IMG/VR virus record: IMGVR_UViG_3300032069_000750
DNA from: an uncultured virus (IMG/VR IMGVR_UViG_3300032069_000750)
Taxonomy: Duplodnaviria; Heunggongvirae; Uroviricota; Caudoviricetes
Direction: 5' to 3' (one strand)
Length of the DNA: 64,000 nucleotides
In this document: positions 37,590-46,828 of the stretch, one piece after another
How the letters are laid out: the number at the start of each line of letters is the position of its first letter
How positions within the stretch are numbered: position 1 is the first letter of the stretch
Notes under the pieces: generated by a model
Databases searched by the model: none
Told to the model about the DNA's origin: nothing
Seen by the model: the letters and a program-made list of their open reading frames with translations, nothing else
Translations under genes and position numbers: made by a program

Positions 37590-38636
37590 ATGTATGTATA
37601 CTACAGCATCGCATCGAAACTTTCAGCGGGGATAGGCTACACTGCTTCAAAGGATATAGATGAACTAAAGAAAGCGGGATACTTAAAGCAGGCAATTACC
37701 CTTGACGACATCCCGATTAATTCAAACGATAGCGTCCTGAAGGATAATGCTTTCGATGTGCTCGCAAGTACTCGGATCACGAAGCCGGTTGATATCGGAC
37801 ATTTTTGGGGGAACATGGCGTATGCTCAGATCCAGAAGGTTCATAACCTTGGTGGAAAAACTATTGTTCAAAGAGCCAGTTCGCACATTAATACCCAGAA
37901 CCGCATCATGCTTGAGGAGTACAAACGATTCGGATTCAATTCGGTTCCGATTCACCCATGGGTGATCAAGAAGTCGCTCGCGGAGTTCAAGGAGACCGAC
38001 TACGTGACCGTCTCCTCTCGGTTCGCGTACGACAGCTTCAGGGACGAGAACTACCCCGAGGAAAAATTGCTGCTGAACCCGTTCGGCATCGACACGGAGA
38101 AATTCCGCCCGCTGGACATTGAGAGGAGCGACTGCTTCAAGGTCGCTTTTTTCGGGGAGAACTGGGTACGGAAAGGTCTCCACTATCTGCTGAAGGCGTG
38201 GAGCGAACTGGGTCTCAAGAACGCGAAGCTGTACGTCCGTAGCTCCAGTCCGCCCTTCTTCAACGACATCAACTACGACACGATCGAGCACATAGGCTGG
38301 GTCGAGGACCTCACGAGGTTCTACAACACGCTCGACGTGTTCTGTCTGCCGACCCTCGAGGAGGGAAACGCGCTCGTTGTGAATGAGGTAAGTTCATGTT
38401 CCATTCCTTCAATCACGACTCATAATTCCGGCACATGGCTTGATGAAAAGAGCTGCTTTTTCGTTCCGGTCAGGGATGTGAAAGCTTTAAAGGACATGAT
38501 TCAATACTGTTACGACAACCATGACGAGTTAAAAAAAGTCGGCAGAGAAGCGCGTAAAAAAGCGGAAGAGAATACGTGGGCTAGATATGGGGAAAACCTT
38601 ATAAATAATTATTTAAATATAATAAATAATGGTTAG
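37590..38636 (+). CDS. Glycosyltransferase family 4
   Basis: FGIDTEKF, RKGLHYLLKAW, PTLEEGNALVVNE. Confidence 0.9.
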   Translation: MYVYYSIASKLSAGIGYTASKDIDELKKAGYLKQAITLDDIPINSNDSVLKDNAFDVLASTRITKPVDIGHFWGNMAYAQIQKVHNLGGKTIVQRASSHINTQNRIMLEEYKRFGFNSVPIHPWVIKKSLAEFKETDYVTVSSRFAYDSFRDENYPEEKLLLNPFGIDTEKFRPLDIERSDCFKVAFFGENWVRKGLHYLLKAWSELGLKNAKLYVRSSSPPFFNDINYDTIEHIGWVEDLTRFYNTLDVFCLPTLEEGNALVVNEVSSCSIPSITTHNSGTWLDEKSCFFVPVRDVKALKDMIQYCYDNHDELKKVGREARKKAEENTWARYGENLINNYLNIINNG

Positions 38637-39576
38637 AAAAAAAGAGTACAAGTACAAATTTTCTAAGGATGAATTATTAAGACTCTACATCATTGAAAAC
38701 AAAAGCACTATGCAAATATCAAAAATATACGGATGTAGTGATGAAACAATTCGTTGTAGATTAAAGAGACATGATATACCTGTTCGCAAACATAAAGAAT
38801 TACATCCTTCTGAAGATGCTAAAGAAAAAACAAGAAAGAAAGCAATAGAAAGATGGAAAAACCCAGATTTTAGAAAAAAACAAATCGAAATAATTAACAG
38901 AACATCTCTCCCAGTAATGAAAAAACCAGAGTGTCGCATAAAAGCATCAGAAACAAGAAAAAGAAATTATAAAGAAGGAAAAATTAAACACCCATTTTTA
39001 GGAAAAAATCTTTCAAATGACCATAAAAAAAGCATATCAAGAGCAAGGATAGGTAAAAAATATCCAAATTTGAGTAGATCAATAAAAGAGTCTTTTCGCT
39101 CAGGAAAAAGAGTACCAAATTGTGCAATGTTAGGAAAACATCATTCTAGAGAAGCAAGAGAAAAAATATCTGAAGCAAATAAAGGAAAAAAACAGTCAGA
39201 GGAATGGAAAATTAAACGATTTAAAGCATCAGCTAAAACACTTAATTTAAAACCAATACCACTAGAACGAAGATTTATTGATATAATTCAAAAAAATAAT
39301 TTGCCTTTTAAATATGTTGGAGATAGAAGTTTTTGGATAGGTGGAATAAATCCTGATTTTGTTCATACTAATGGTAAAAAAGTTGTAATTGAGATTTTTG
39401 GTGAATATTGGCATTCACCTATTTTGAATCCAAAATTAGCACTAAGTAGAACTTATCAGGGAAGAAAAAACATTTTTAAAAAGGAAGGATGGATTATGAT
39501 TGTTTTTTGGGAATTTGAATTGAAGATTAAAAATACAGAACAATTAGTTTTAAATAGATTATCTGGAATTATGTGA
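38629..39576 (+). CDS. NUMOD3-containing homing endonuclease (Vsr/DUF559-like nuclease domain)
   Basis: GKHHSREAREKISEANKGKK NUMOD3 repeats; C-terminal PDF...VIEIFGEYWH...W; very AT-rich. Confidence 0.82.
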   Translation: MVRKKEYKYKFSKDELLRLYIIENKSTMQISKIYGCSDETIRCRLKRHDIPVRKHKELHPSEDAKEKTRKKAIERWKNPDFRKKQIEIINRTSLPVMKKPECRIKASETRKRNYKEGKIKHPFLGKNLSNDHKKSISRARIGKKYPNLSRSIKESFRSGKRVPNCAMLGKHHSREAREKISEANKGKKQSEEWKIKRFKASAKTLNLKPIPLERRFIDIIQKNNLPFKYVGDRSFWIGGINPDFVHTNGKKVVIEIFGEYWHSPILNPKLALSRTYQGRKNIFKKEGWIMIVFWEFELKIKNTEQLVLNRLSGIM

Positions 39577-40181
39577 TTATGAATCAATCACCAACTAGAT
39601 GGGATGCTTCCACTTATGTTACTGACTGGAGGGAGCTCATCCGATTATTCAACGACAGGCAGTTTTTCCTTGATGTACTTAGTCAGATTAATCTTCCGAA
39701 GGATGCCACTATCTGTGAGCTAGGCGCGGGTTCTTGTAAATGGAGCGCGGCTTTTTCCATCATGGGCTACAAGGTAACTACTATTGATAACAACCCTGAC
39801 ATGCTTATGCAAGGTCAGCGGAATTTCCCGAACATCAGGATTGAGTATGTTGTTGACGAGCTGCCAGATCTGAAATCTGAGGCGAGCAAGCGGAAATACG
39901 ACCTTGTGATAAATGAAGGAGTGAATGAACATTTTCTCGATAGAAACGAACGTATCAATGTCATTAAGGCGATGAAAAATTGTTGTATTGAGGGCGGTTA
40001 CGTGTACTTCCTCATGCCGTTCCTGAGCAACGAGCCGGATGAGCACCGCTACACGAGCGTCAACGAGATCGAGAATGAGTTAAGAGATGCTGGGTTCAGC
40101 CAGTACGCGGTGTCGGTCATGATACTGTACGCCTCGGGCAAAAGTAGGCCGATGCTGAGGGTTCTCGCGAGGAATGCCTGA
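39573..40181 (+). CDS. Class I SAM-dependent methyltransferase
   Basis: ICELGAGS, YDLVINEGVNEH. Confidence 0.85.
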   Translation: MIMNQSPTRWDASTYVTDWRELIRLFNDRQFFLDVLSQINLPKDATICELGAGSCKWSAAFSIMGYKVTTIDNNPDMLMQGQRNFPNIRIEYVVDELPDLKSEASKRKYDLVINEGVNEHFLDRNERINVIKAMKNCCIEGGYVYFLMPFLSNEPDEHRYTSVNEIENELRDAGFSQYAVSVMILYASGKSRPMLRVLARNA

Positions 40182-40748
40182 TGAGATCATCTGAGAGGTG
40201 GAGGGAGTTGCAGCTGAAACATTACGCGCCCGCGGTTGAGGGGAGAACAGATCCCGCGCGGTACAAGAAATTCCTCTCCCACCTGAACGACCCGCCCTTG
40301 CGGATACTGGATGTCGGCTGTGCAGGTGGCGACATCACTAACGACCTCATGGTACGCGGGCATCATGTCACGGGTGTTGACTATCCAGAGGTCATAGAAA
40401 AAACAAAGATAAAGTACCCCCCTTCTGGATCTTGTCAGTTGCGACCTCAATGAGGGCCTGCCTGTTGATCATCGCTTCCTTGAGGCATTCCAGTGGATCT
40501 ATGCTTCTGAGATCCTTGAGCATCTTACGAATGATTACGAGTTTCTTTGCTCCTGCTACGAGTCCCTTGTGCCACTGGGCAGGATATACGTTACGGTCCC
40601 CCGGGTCGGGGAGAAGTGGGACGGCCACCTCCGGTTTTATCCCGTGGAGTCACTTAGGAATCTCCTGTGGGCCGCTGGATTCAAGGTCATCCACGAGGAC
40701 AGGGACTTCTCCAGTACCATCGTCATAGGGTCAAAAGAGGAAGAATAA
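40181..40748 (+). pseudogene. Class I methyltransferase interrupted by a +1 frameshift in a C6 run (40417-40422)
   Basis: N-half ILDVGCAGG; the shifted frame continues LLDLVSCDLNEG...YASEILEHL...GRIYVTVP...GHLRFY...AGF to TAA 40748. Confidence 0.8.
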
Positions 40749-40910
40749 ATGAGTGAATTATTTTCAAAAGAATATCTTCAATGGGTTTTAGATACCCATG
40801 GAAATACTGAGATATTAAGTTCTAATTGTCAAGGAAAACCAGAAAAACCAGGGGATTATGTATACAATTACGGGTACGCAAACGATTTAATGAAAAAAAT
40901 TATATGGTGA
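40749..40910 (+). CDS. 53-aa paralogue of 6847..7044 (not in ORF track)
   Basis: Own translation MSELFSKEYLQWVLDTHGNTEILSSNCQGKPEKPGDYVYNYG... Confidence 0.7.
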   Translation: MSELFSKEYLQWVLDTHGNTEILSSNCQGKPEKPGDYVYNYGYANDLMKKIIW

Positions 40911-40916
40911 TAAGCA

Positions 40917-42011
40917 ATGAAAAACCTCGTCCTTGTCGTGTTCGACTGCCTCCGCGCCGACTTCTGCTTCCCGGAGGGCCCGCCGTTCATCGAGCAACTC
41001 AAGAGCATGGGCGAGTCGTACACCCAGTACATCAGCGTCGCCACCTGCACGGTGCCCTGTTTCGCCTCGATGCTCACCGGCCTGTACCCGGAGACCCACG
41101 GGATCAAGGGCCACCCGACGCTCCGCAGCATGATCAACGACAACGAGTGGAGCCTCAAAAAGGAGGTTATCACGCTTCCGATGATCCTCAAGAACCACGG
41201 ATACCATACCTATGCCGAGGTCTCAGATCCGCTCATCACGCAGTTCCATCTTGACAGGGGATTCGACCACTACCATGTGAGAGATGGAAACAAGATAAAT
41301 ACTTTCGTGCCCAAGTTTTTCGAGGACCTAAAAATACTTATAAATACTTTCCAAGAGCCGTACTTCTTCCTCCTGCACCTATTTGATCTGCATAGCGGAC
41401 CATCTTGTAAGAAGTTCGAGAATCAGTGTAAAACCCTAGGGGAGTTATTGAAAAACAGGCAGAACTTGATACTCGTGGTCACTGGCGACCATGGCGAAAC
41501 CATCAAAGGCGGTCTACGGCATGGATATCACATCAAGGAACAACTCGTGAGGATTCCGCTGATCATCGCTGGCGATGGCATTGAGAAAGCGGTGATCACC
41601 GGGCAGTACAGCCAGGTCGACCTCTTGCCCCTCCTTCTGGCCAAACTCGGCATACCCGTCACCCTGCCGTACAAGCTCCCGGGGGACATTCGGCCAAGAG
41701 AGTACGCATACATGAGAGCCGTGGGAGCGCCGCTCACGGAGCATAACTGGATGGTCGGCATCCGCACAGAGCAATACAAGTTCATCACCCATCCGTGGGA
41801 TGAGGCCGCCCATGACGAGCTCTACAGCCTCTCAGACGAGAAACAGGTCTTGATCACGAAGCATGGCGAAGTAGCCAATGAACTACGAAACAAACTGCAG
41901 GGGGTCATGAAGGATGCCGAACACCTCACACTCGAAGACAGCCCGGGGTGGACTAAAGAGGATGAGGCGGTCGTGATTGACAGGATGAAAAAACTCGGTT
42001 ATATGGATTAG
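40917..42011 (+). CDS. Sulfatase/alkaline-phosphatase superfamily hydrolase or transferase
   Basis: VFDCLRAD, TVPCFASMLTGLYP..HG, TGDHGE, RIPLI, ELY, RMKKLGY. Confidence 0.88.
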   Translation: MKNLVLVVFDCLRADFCFPEGPPFIEQLKSMGESYTQYISVATCTVPCFASMLTGLYPETHGIKGHPTLRSMINDNEWSLKKEVITLPMILKNHGYHTYAEVSDPLITQFHLDRGFDHYHVRDGNKINTFVPKFFEDLKILINTFQEPYFFLLHLFDLHSGPSCKKFENQCKTLGELLKNRQNLILVVTGDHGETIKGGLRHGYHIKEQLVRIPLIIAGDGIEKAVITGQYSQVDLLPLLLAKLGIPVTLPYKLPGDIRPREYAYMRAVGAPLTEHNWMVGIRTEQYKFITHPWDEAAHDELYSLSDEKQVLITKHGEVANELRNKLQGVMKDAEHLTLEDSPGWTKEDEAVVIDRMKKLGYMD

Positions 42012-42059
42012 CGACAAAACTTATTAACTACCACATTTTAGGATACTCCGAGGTGTTCC

Positions 42060-42164
42060 ATGATAATTGGAGATATAGAGACCGAGATCATCGTCCTGGG
42101 GGTAGTACTGATAATCCTCGGGAAGATGGCCATAAATGACATTTTGAGCAAACTAGGAAAATAA
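42060..42164 (+). CDS. 34-aa single-TM protein (not in ORF track)
   Basis: MIIGDIETEIIVLGVVLIILGK...; GAGGTG RBS; motif at 42023-42033. Confidence 0.55.
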   Translation: MIIGDIETEIIVLGVVLIILGKMAINDILSKLGK

Positions 42165-42289
42165 AAGTAGTCCAGCACCCCGCGAACATTTCTTTCCTAC
42201 TTTCTTCCTATTTTTAAAAAGAGCACTTTCGCCCGCCCCCCGATAAGTTTTATATATGGACACCAGATATATTTCTCTCAGGTGCATTT

Positions 42290-43012
42290 ATGTTGACCGA
42301 CAAAGAGATAAAGGAGAAGGGCTACGAGGAGGTGGCGGACAACCTCTACGCGAAGGAAGGGAATCTCTACGTGCAGCAGCAGGGACAACTGAAGCTGGCG
42401 TCCTTGCTGAGCGACGAGCAGCTGGACATGATCACCGACCTCGAGGCGTACAAGAAGCTGACGAAACCAAAGGAGGAGCAAAAGCCCCCGAAGAAAAAAG
42501 ATGAGAAGAGACCCCCTGAGGAGAAAAAGAGATCAACTGGGGAGATTATCTTGCGTGACGAGAATGAGGCTCACGATCTCATGAATTTCAAGGATGACGA
42601 GCAGGTTCTTGAGGAGATGCGGGGGAAGTATCTGAAGGAGTTCGTCTACAGCTTTGAAATTGAGTTGGGCGAGGGAAAAAAACGGACGGTCACGGGCCTC
42701 TCGTGGGCTGGTGTGAAGGAGGCTGCGCGGAGCGCTGGCAACATAGAAGTGGATGATCTTCAGATTGTGGAGAAGGAAAAATCATTCTTTGTGAAGGCGC
42801 ACGCTCGTGATACCTATAGAAATGTGGCAATGTTCGGTGTCGCGGATCAGTCAAAGATGATGAGGCTGAAAACAGGGGAGGTAGTTGAGGATAGTCATGC
42901 GTTGAGCAAGTGTGTGAGTAGGGCTCAGAGGAACGCCATCCGAGTGTTGATCTCCGAGATGACCATCAAGACGATAATTGAGAAGTACCTCTCGGAGAAA
43001 GCGAAGAAATGA
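42290..43012 (+). CDS. Putative single-strand annealing/recombination protein (Rad52/ERF-like)
   Basis: GLSWAGVKEAA...VKAHARD...G...ALSKCVSRAQRNAI topology; inferred. Confidence 0.45.
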   Translation: MLTDKEIKEKGYEEVADNLYAKEGNLYVQQQGQLKLASLLSDEQLDMITDLEAYKKLTKPKEEQKPPKKKDEKRPPEEKKRSTGEIILRDENEAHDLMNFKDDEQVLEEMRGKYLKEFVYSFEIELGEGKKRTVTGLSWAGVKEAARSAGNIEVDDLQIVEKEKSFFVKAHARDTYRNVAMFGVADQSKMMRLKTGEVVEDSHALSKCVSRAQRNAIRVLISEMTIKTIIEKYLSEKAKK

Positions 43013-43944
43013 TCTACACACTTACCCCCCAAGAAGGATGCTTCCCTGGGGTGCACCGTCACCTATCGGAGCTCGAGCAGTTCGGCACCAAGCACATCTA
43101 CCTGAGCCAGCTGAACCAGGTCACGGAGAACGACGCGGTGATCTTCGGGGCCTGGGAGCCGAGCACCTACCCGATGGCCATCCGCCGGTGCAAGGCGAGA
43201 CTAAAAGCCATTCTGTTCACCTCCCCGCTGCTGCAGGCGCAGATGAACGACCCGGAGCTCAGTTTCCTAGACACAATCCTTACACTCAAGGGAAACGGAG
43301 TCATTGACTGTCTACTATTTGCGGATCTGGAGACCTACGAGGTATTCAAGGATCTCGTACCGAATGTCCACCACCTCCCGCACCCTGCAGACCCTAAGAA
43401 GATAGAGCCGTACATACTGCAGGATAAAGATTATACCGGGGAACAAAAAAAAGACATCTTCATGTACCTCCCCTGGGGGAACAAGAACAAGAACCAGATG
43501 ACGCAGCTGGCTGCGGTGAAGCTATTCCAGAGAAACAACCCGGGTGTCAAGTTTCACACAAACGGCATGGGGCCCTGGGCGGCCTGGGCGGATAGACTAC
43601 AAATAGACTACTGCGATCAGGGGTACCTCCAGAGGGAATTCTACTACGCGAGCATCTTTATGAAGAGATGCGGCCTCCATGTAACCCTCAGCGAGTCGTT
43701 CGCGTACGGGGTCCTCGACGCGTTCCTTCTCAGTGTGCCCGTAGTGTGCTCCCCGGCGATAGACTGGGCGCCAGCCATCGTGAAGGTCACAAACCCCGAC
43801 GACCCCATTGAGATAGCACACAAACTCGGGGCAATGTTCACTGACCCCCGTGGCTACACAGAGACCGTCAGGGAGTACGCCCTCATGAAGATCAAGAGCA
43901 ACAACGAAAAAGCAAAAAAGCTGTTGGAAACGGTTTTTTCATAA
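43009..43944 (+). CDS. GT-B fold glycosyltransferase-like protein
   Basis: KNQMTQLAA, VTLSESFAYGVLDA...VPVV. Confidence 0.7.
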   Translation: MIYTLTPQEGCFPGVHRHLSELEQFGTKHIYLSQLNQVTENDAVIFGAWEPSTYPMAIRRCKARLKAILFTSPLLQAQMNDPELSFLDTILTLKGNGVIDCLLFADLETYEVFKDLVPNVHHLPHPADPKKIEPYILQDKDYTGEQKKDIFMYLPWGNKNKNQMTQLAAVKLFQRNNPGVKFHTNGMGPWAAWADRLQIDYCDQGYLQREFYYASIFMKRCGLHVTLSESFAYGVLDAFLLSVPVVCSPAIDWAPAIVKVTNPDDPIEIAHKLGAMFTDPRGYTETVREYALMKIKSNNEKAKKLLETVFS

Positions 43945-43977
43945 AAGTTATTAACCACCGTAGACTATAGCCAGTCA

Positions 43978-44283
43978 ATGACGCTCGACATCGCAATGTT
44001 ATACGCGGACATCGCGTCGACCGCCGCGGTCGCACTGATGCTCTACATCGCAAGGACGATGATCCAACAAGACAAACGCATACAGAAGATAGAGAGCGAC
44101 CTCTACGTGGAGAACAGCAACCCGACGAGCCTCCCACTGACCAAGCAGGTGTACAACCTGCAGCAGGATGTCGCGACCATCAAGGATACCTGTGAAAAGC
44201 TTCACACGACCATAGAAAGCATTAATAGCACGATTCACGATTGTCTATTGTTGCCTAAAAAAACAAGGGTAAAAAATAGGTGA
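43978..44283 (+). CDS. TM plus coiled-coil protein (lysis or virion membrane)
   Basis: N-terminal TM, heptad region; motif at 43950-43960. Confidence 0.6.
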   Translation: MTLDIAMLYADIASTAAVALMLYIARTMIQQDKRIQKIESDLYVENSNPTSLPLTKQVYNLQQDVATIKDTCEKLHTTIESINSTIHDCLLLPKKTRVKNR

Positions 44284-44287
44284 GACC

Positions 44288-44494
44288 ATGACAGATGGAA
44301 CAAAAACAATAACAACAAAGGTCTGGTACAAGTCGAAAGTACTTTGGGTGAACATCATAGCCCTGATCGCTCTGATGGCCCAGATGGCCTACGGGTTCGT
44401 CATCGCCCCCGAGGAGCAGGCCGCGATCATCATCGTCATCAACCTGATCCTGCGAGCGGCGACTGGGTCCGGTCTCACGCTGTTTTCTCAGTAA
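44288..44494 (+). CDS. Holin-like two-TM protein
   Basis: KVWYKSKVLWVN...INLILRAAT pattern of small phage holin-like proteins. Confidence 0.6.
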   Translation: MTDGTKTITTKVWYKSKVLWVNIIALIALMAQMAYGFVIAPEEQAAIIIVINLILRAATGSGLTLFSQ

Positions 44495-44567
44495 AAATAA
44501 TTAACCACCAAGGCCTTATCATTCAAATATAGACGATACTAGAACAATCCCATAGGAGTATGGTTTC

Positions 44568-45446
44568 ATGCCTAACGATCAGACTATAGCAGGTTTTACG
44601 TTGGATGAATTTATGGAAAAGCTCGCGACGATGGTCGCAGGGAAACTAAAGATCCCTCCTCAGGTCGTCCCGCAGCCACTCCAAGGGATTCTTCCGCAGG
44701 CCGTCCCCGATTTTTTCTACGTGACGTACCCGGCTAACGGCACGAAAAAGACTGTTGGAGTGGGGATCACACAGTTCGACTTCCTGGAAGGGAAGGTCTA
44801 CCTCCCCGACGGGACCGAGGAGTCCCTGAGCGACAACCTCTTCAACCACCACGACGAGTACATGCGGGCCTTCCAGATCGACGTGAGCCAAGCCGTCATC
44901 ATATGGCTCGACAGCGGCGGCAAGAAGCCCGTCGACTTCCTGGACATCCACGGCGAGAACTACGTGAACTTCCGGAACCTGTACATCCAGACGGACGTGG
45001 CGACGAGCTTCGACATCTGGGCGTCGAACAACCCGGATGCGTACCTCCGTAAGTTCAAGCCGATCATCTACCAGTCGACCGTCAACCAGTACGGGCAGCT
45101 GGTGTTCCCGAACTCGGACACGGGGGCCCCGTCTATTGACCTTAAGTATCTCGAGACGGCGAGCGGGAGCTACGTCCCCGTGAACAACGTGACCGTGGGG
45201 ACGCAGCAGTACGGGGTCCTGATGGGCGTCTCTTTCACGTCCGACCCGAACGCGCTCTACAAGCTGACGATAGGGACGCACGTCCATTTCCGCGACGTGC
45301 AGCTGGTCTCCCCGGTCTCGATTCCTTTCCTCCCGCATTACCTCAAGCAGAACACGAACGTGAGGCTGGACGTGAGGTCGACCTCCGGGACGGTCGCGGT
45401 GAACGGGCTGGTGGCGCTGAAGAGCGTCCTCGTCCCCGGTGTGTAG
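44568..45446 (+). CDS. Putative structural protein with two beta-sandwich domains
   Basis: Beta-rich; motif at 44500-44510; precedes a fibre gene. Confidence 0.55.
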   Translation: MPNDQTIAGFTLDEFMEKLATMVAGKLKIPPQVVPQPLQGILPQAVPDFFYVTYPANGTKKTVGVGITQFDFLEGKVYLPDGTEESLSDNLFNHHDEYMRAFQIDVSQAVIIWLDSGGKKPVDFLDIHGENYVNFRNLYIQTDVATSFDIWASNNPDAYLRKFKPIIYQSTVNQYGQLVFPNSDTGAPSIDLKYLETASGSYVPVNNVTVGTQQYGVLMGVSFTSDPNALYKLTIGTHVHFRDVQLVSPVSIPFLPHYLKQNTNVRLDVRSTSGTVAVNGLVALKSVLVPGV

Positions 45447-45456
45447 GAGTGATAGA

Positions 45457-46515
45457 ATGGGTTTTTGGGGTCCATGGACGCATAGCATCGGGTCGCTTCA
45501 TCTAAGAACTCGGGCGGTTACCGCCATAAAGGTCGCTGAGAACGCGATAGGCTTCGGGAAGCTCACGACCGGCCTGCAGGGGTCCCTCACCGCCGGGATC
45601 GGATTAGAATATGGGCAGACGGGGACACTTGACACCTATGCCTGGTCCGACAGACAAACGGGCGTAATTAATATCCCATACAATATAAAGTACGGTGTTG
45701 CGTATCTCCCGGACAAGAAAGCACTGGCAAACTCAAAAGAAATAGATATTGGAACGTACTACCTATACACGATTGGCACCTCCGGTAACGTAATAGGGAG
45801 TCTTCTTTTCAAGAAAGTTAAAACAGTCGGAGATATTGCGTTCGCAACAGACAAAAACAGGTACTGGATTACCGACTCAGTCACGAACTATATTCACCAA
45901 GTGGGGACAACGACGGCGAATGACCTGGGGAGCTTCAAGGGGCCAGGGGCCGGGATTTTATATGGAATAACGTATGCTGGTGACAGACACCGCATTTGGG
46001 TTGCGAATTCAAACGGCTACGTGTACGAAGTGGGGACCACGCTGCACAATGCAGTAGGCAGCATACATGTGAGCACGGGGTCGGATTTAACAGGAGTTGT
46101 TATATCACCTGACAAAAACAGGCTATGGGTGGCGGATCAGACCAGAGCGTACATTACTGAGATAGGGACAGCGAACTCCAGGCTCATCGGGAGCTTCAAA
46201 GGGCCCCCTGGTGCCACTCAGGCAGTACAAATAACTTTCTCAACAGACAAAAATAGACTCTGGCTTGAGCTAAATGCTTTCGTGTCCGCGTTGGGCAGTT
46301 TCTTTGAGTTGGGCACTAGCTACGGAAGGGCATACGCTGGTACGTACGTTCATTTCAGCTCCCCGTATATCTCTGTTCCTGTCGTGATCATCGGACAGGT
46401 GGATAATCTTGGCGACAACAAGGGTGTTTTCACCATGCAACCGAACCTGGGGTCGTTCTGGGCGAAGGCGGGCTCGTACCCCGCACAGGCCGCCTGGGTC
46501 GCCCTCGGGGCATAA
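45457..46515 (+). CDS. Fibre/spike protein with an inserted beta-propeller
   Basis: GFGKLTTGLQGSL, repeated (T/P)DKNR(Y/L)W blades, C-terminal F..PY...PVV...WVALG. Confidence 0.7.
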   Translation: MGFWGPWTHSIGSLHLRTRAVTAIKVAENAIGFGKLTTGLQGSLTAGIGLEYGQTGTLDTYAWSDRQTGVINIPYNIKYGVAYLPDKKALANSKEIDIGTYYLYTIGTSGNVIGSLLFKKVKTVGDIAFATDKNRYWITDSVTNYIHQVGTTTANDLGSFKGPGAGILYGITYAGDRHRIWVANSNGYVYEVGTTLHNAVGSIHVSTGSDLTGVVISPDKNRLWVADQTRAYITEIGTANSRLIGSFKGPPGATQAVQITFSTDKNRLWLELNAFVSALGSFFELGTSYGRAYAGTYVHFSSPYISVPVVIIGQVDNLGDNKGVFTMQPNLGSFWAKAGSYPAQAAWVALGA

Positions 46516-46565
46516 TAGGACACCTGACCGAAAGATTTATTTTAGGACAGTAGATAAAAACCCGC

Positions 46566-46793
46566 GTGATCAAGCTCTACGATTTCGAGGCGTGCGGCCC
46601 CTGCAGGCGGGTAAAAAGTCTTTTGGAGAAGTTCGGCGTTGAGTACGAGTACATTGATGTTTTAGAGCGGAAAGAGAGTTTTGATTCTGTCCCTATGTTG
46701 GAGCTTGAGGACGGCACAAGGATAGTCGGCCTCGGCACAAAGATGACCGACTACATCAAGAAACTCGGCAAAGAATATAGAGAGAAAACATAA
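46566..46793 (+). CDS. Glutaredoxin/thioredoxin-like protein
   Basis: CGPC active site, YEYIDV, SVPML..DG..IVG. Confidence 0.88.
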   Translation: MIKLYDFEACGPCRRVKSLLEKFGVEYEYIDVLERKESFDSVPMLELEDGTRIVGLGTKMTDYIKKLGKEYREKT

Positions 46794-46828
46794 AGTTTAT
46801 ATATATTTTAAGTCATATTTAAATAATA

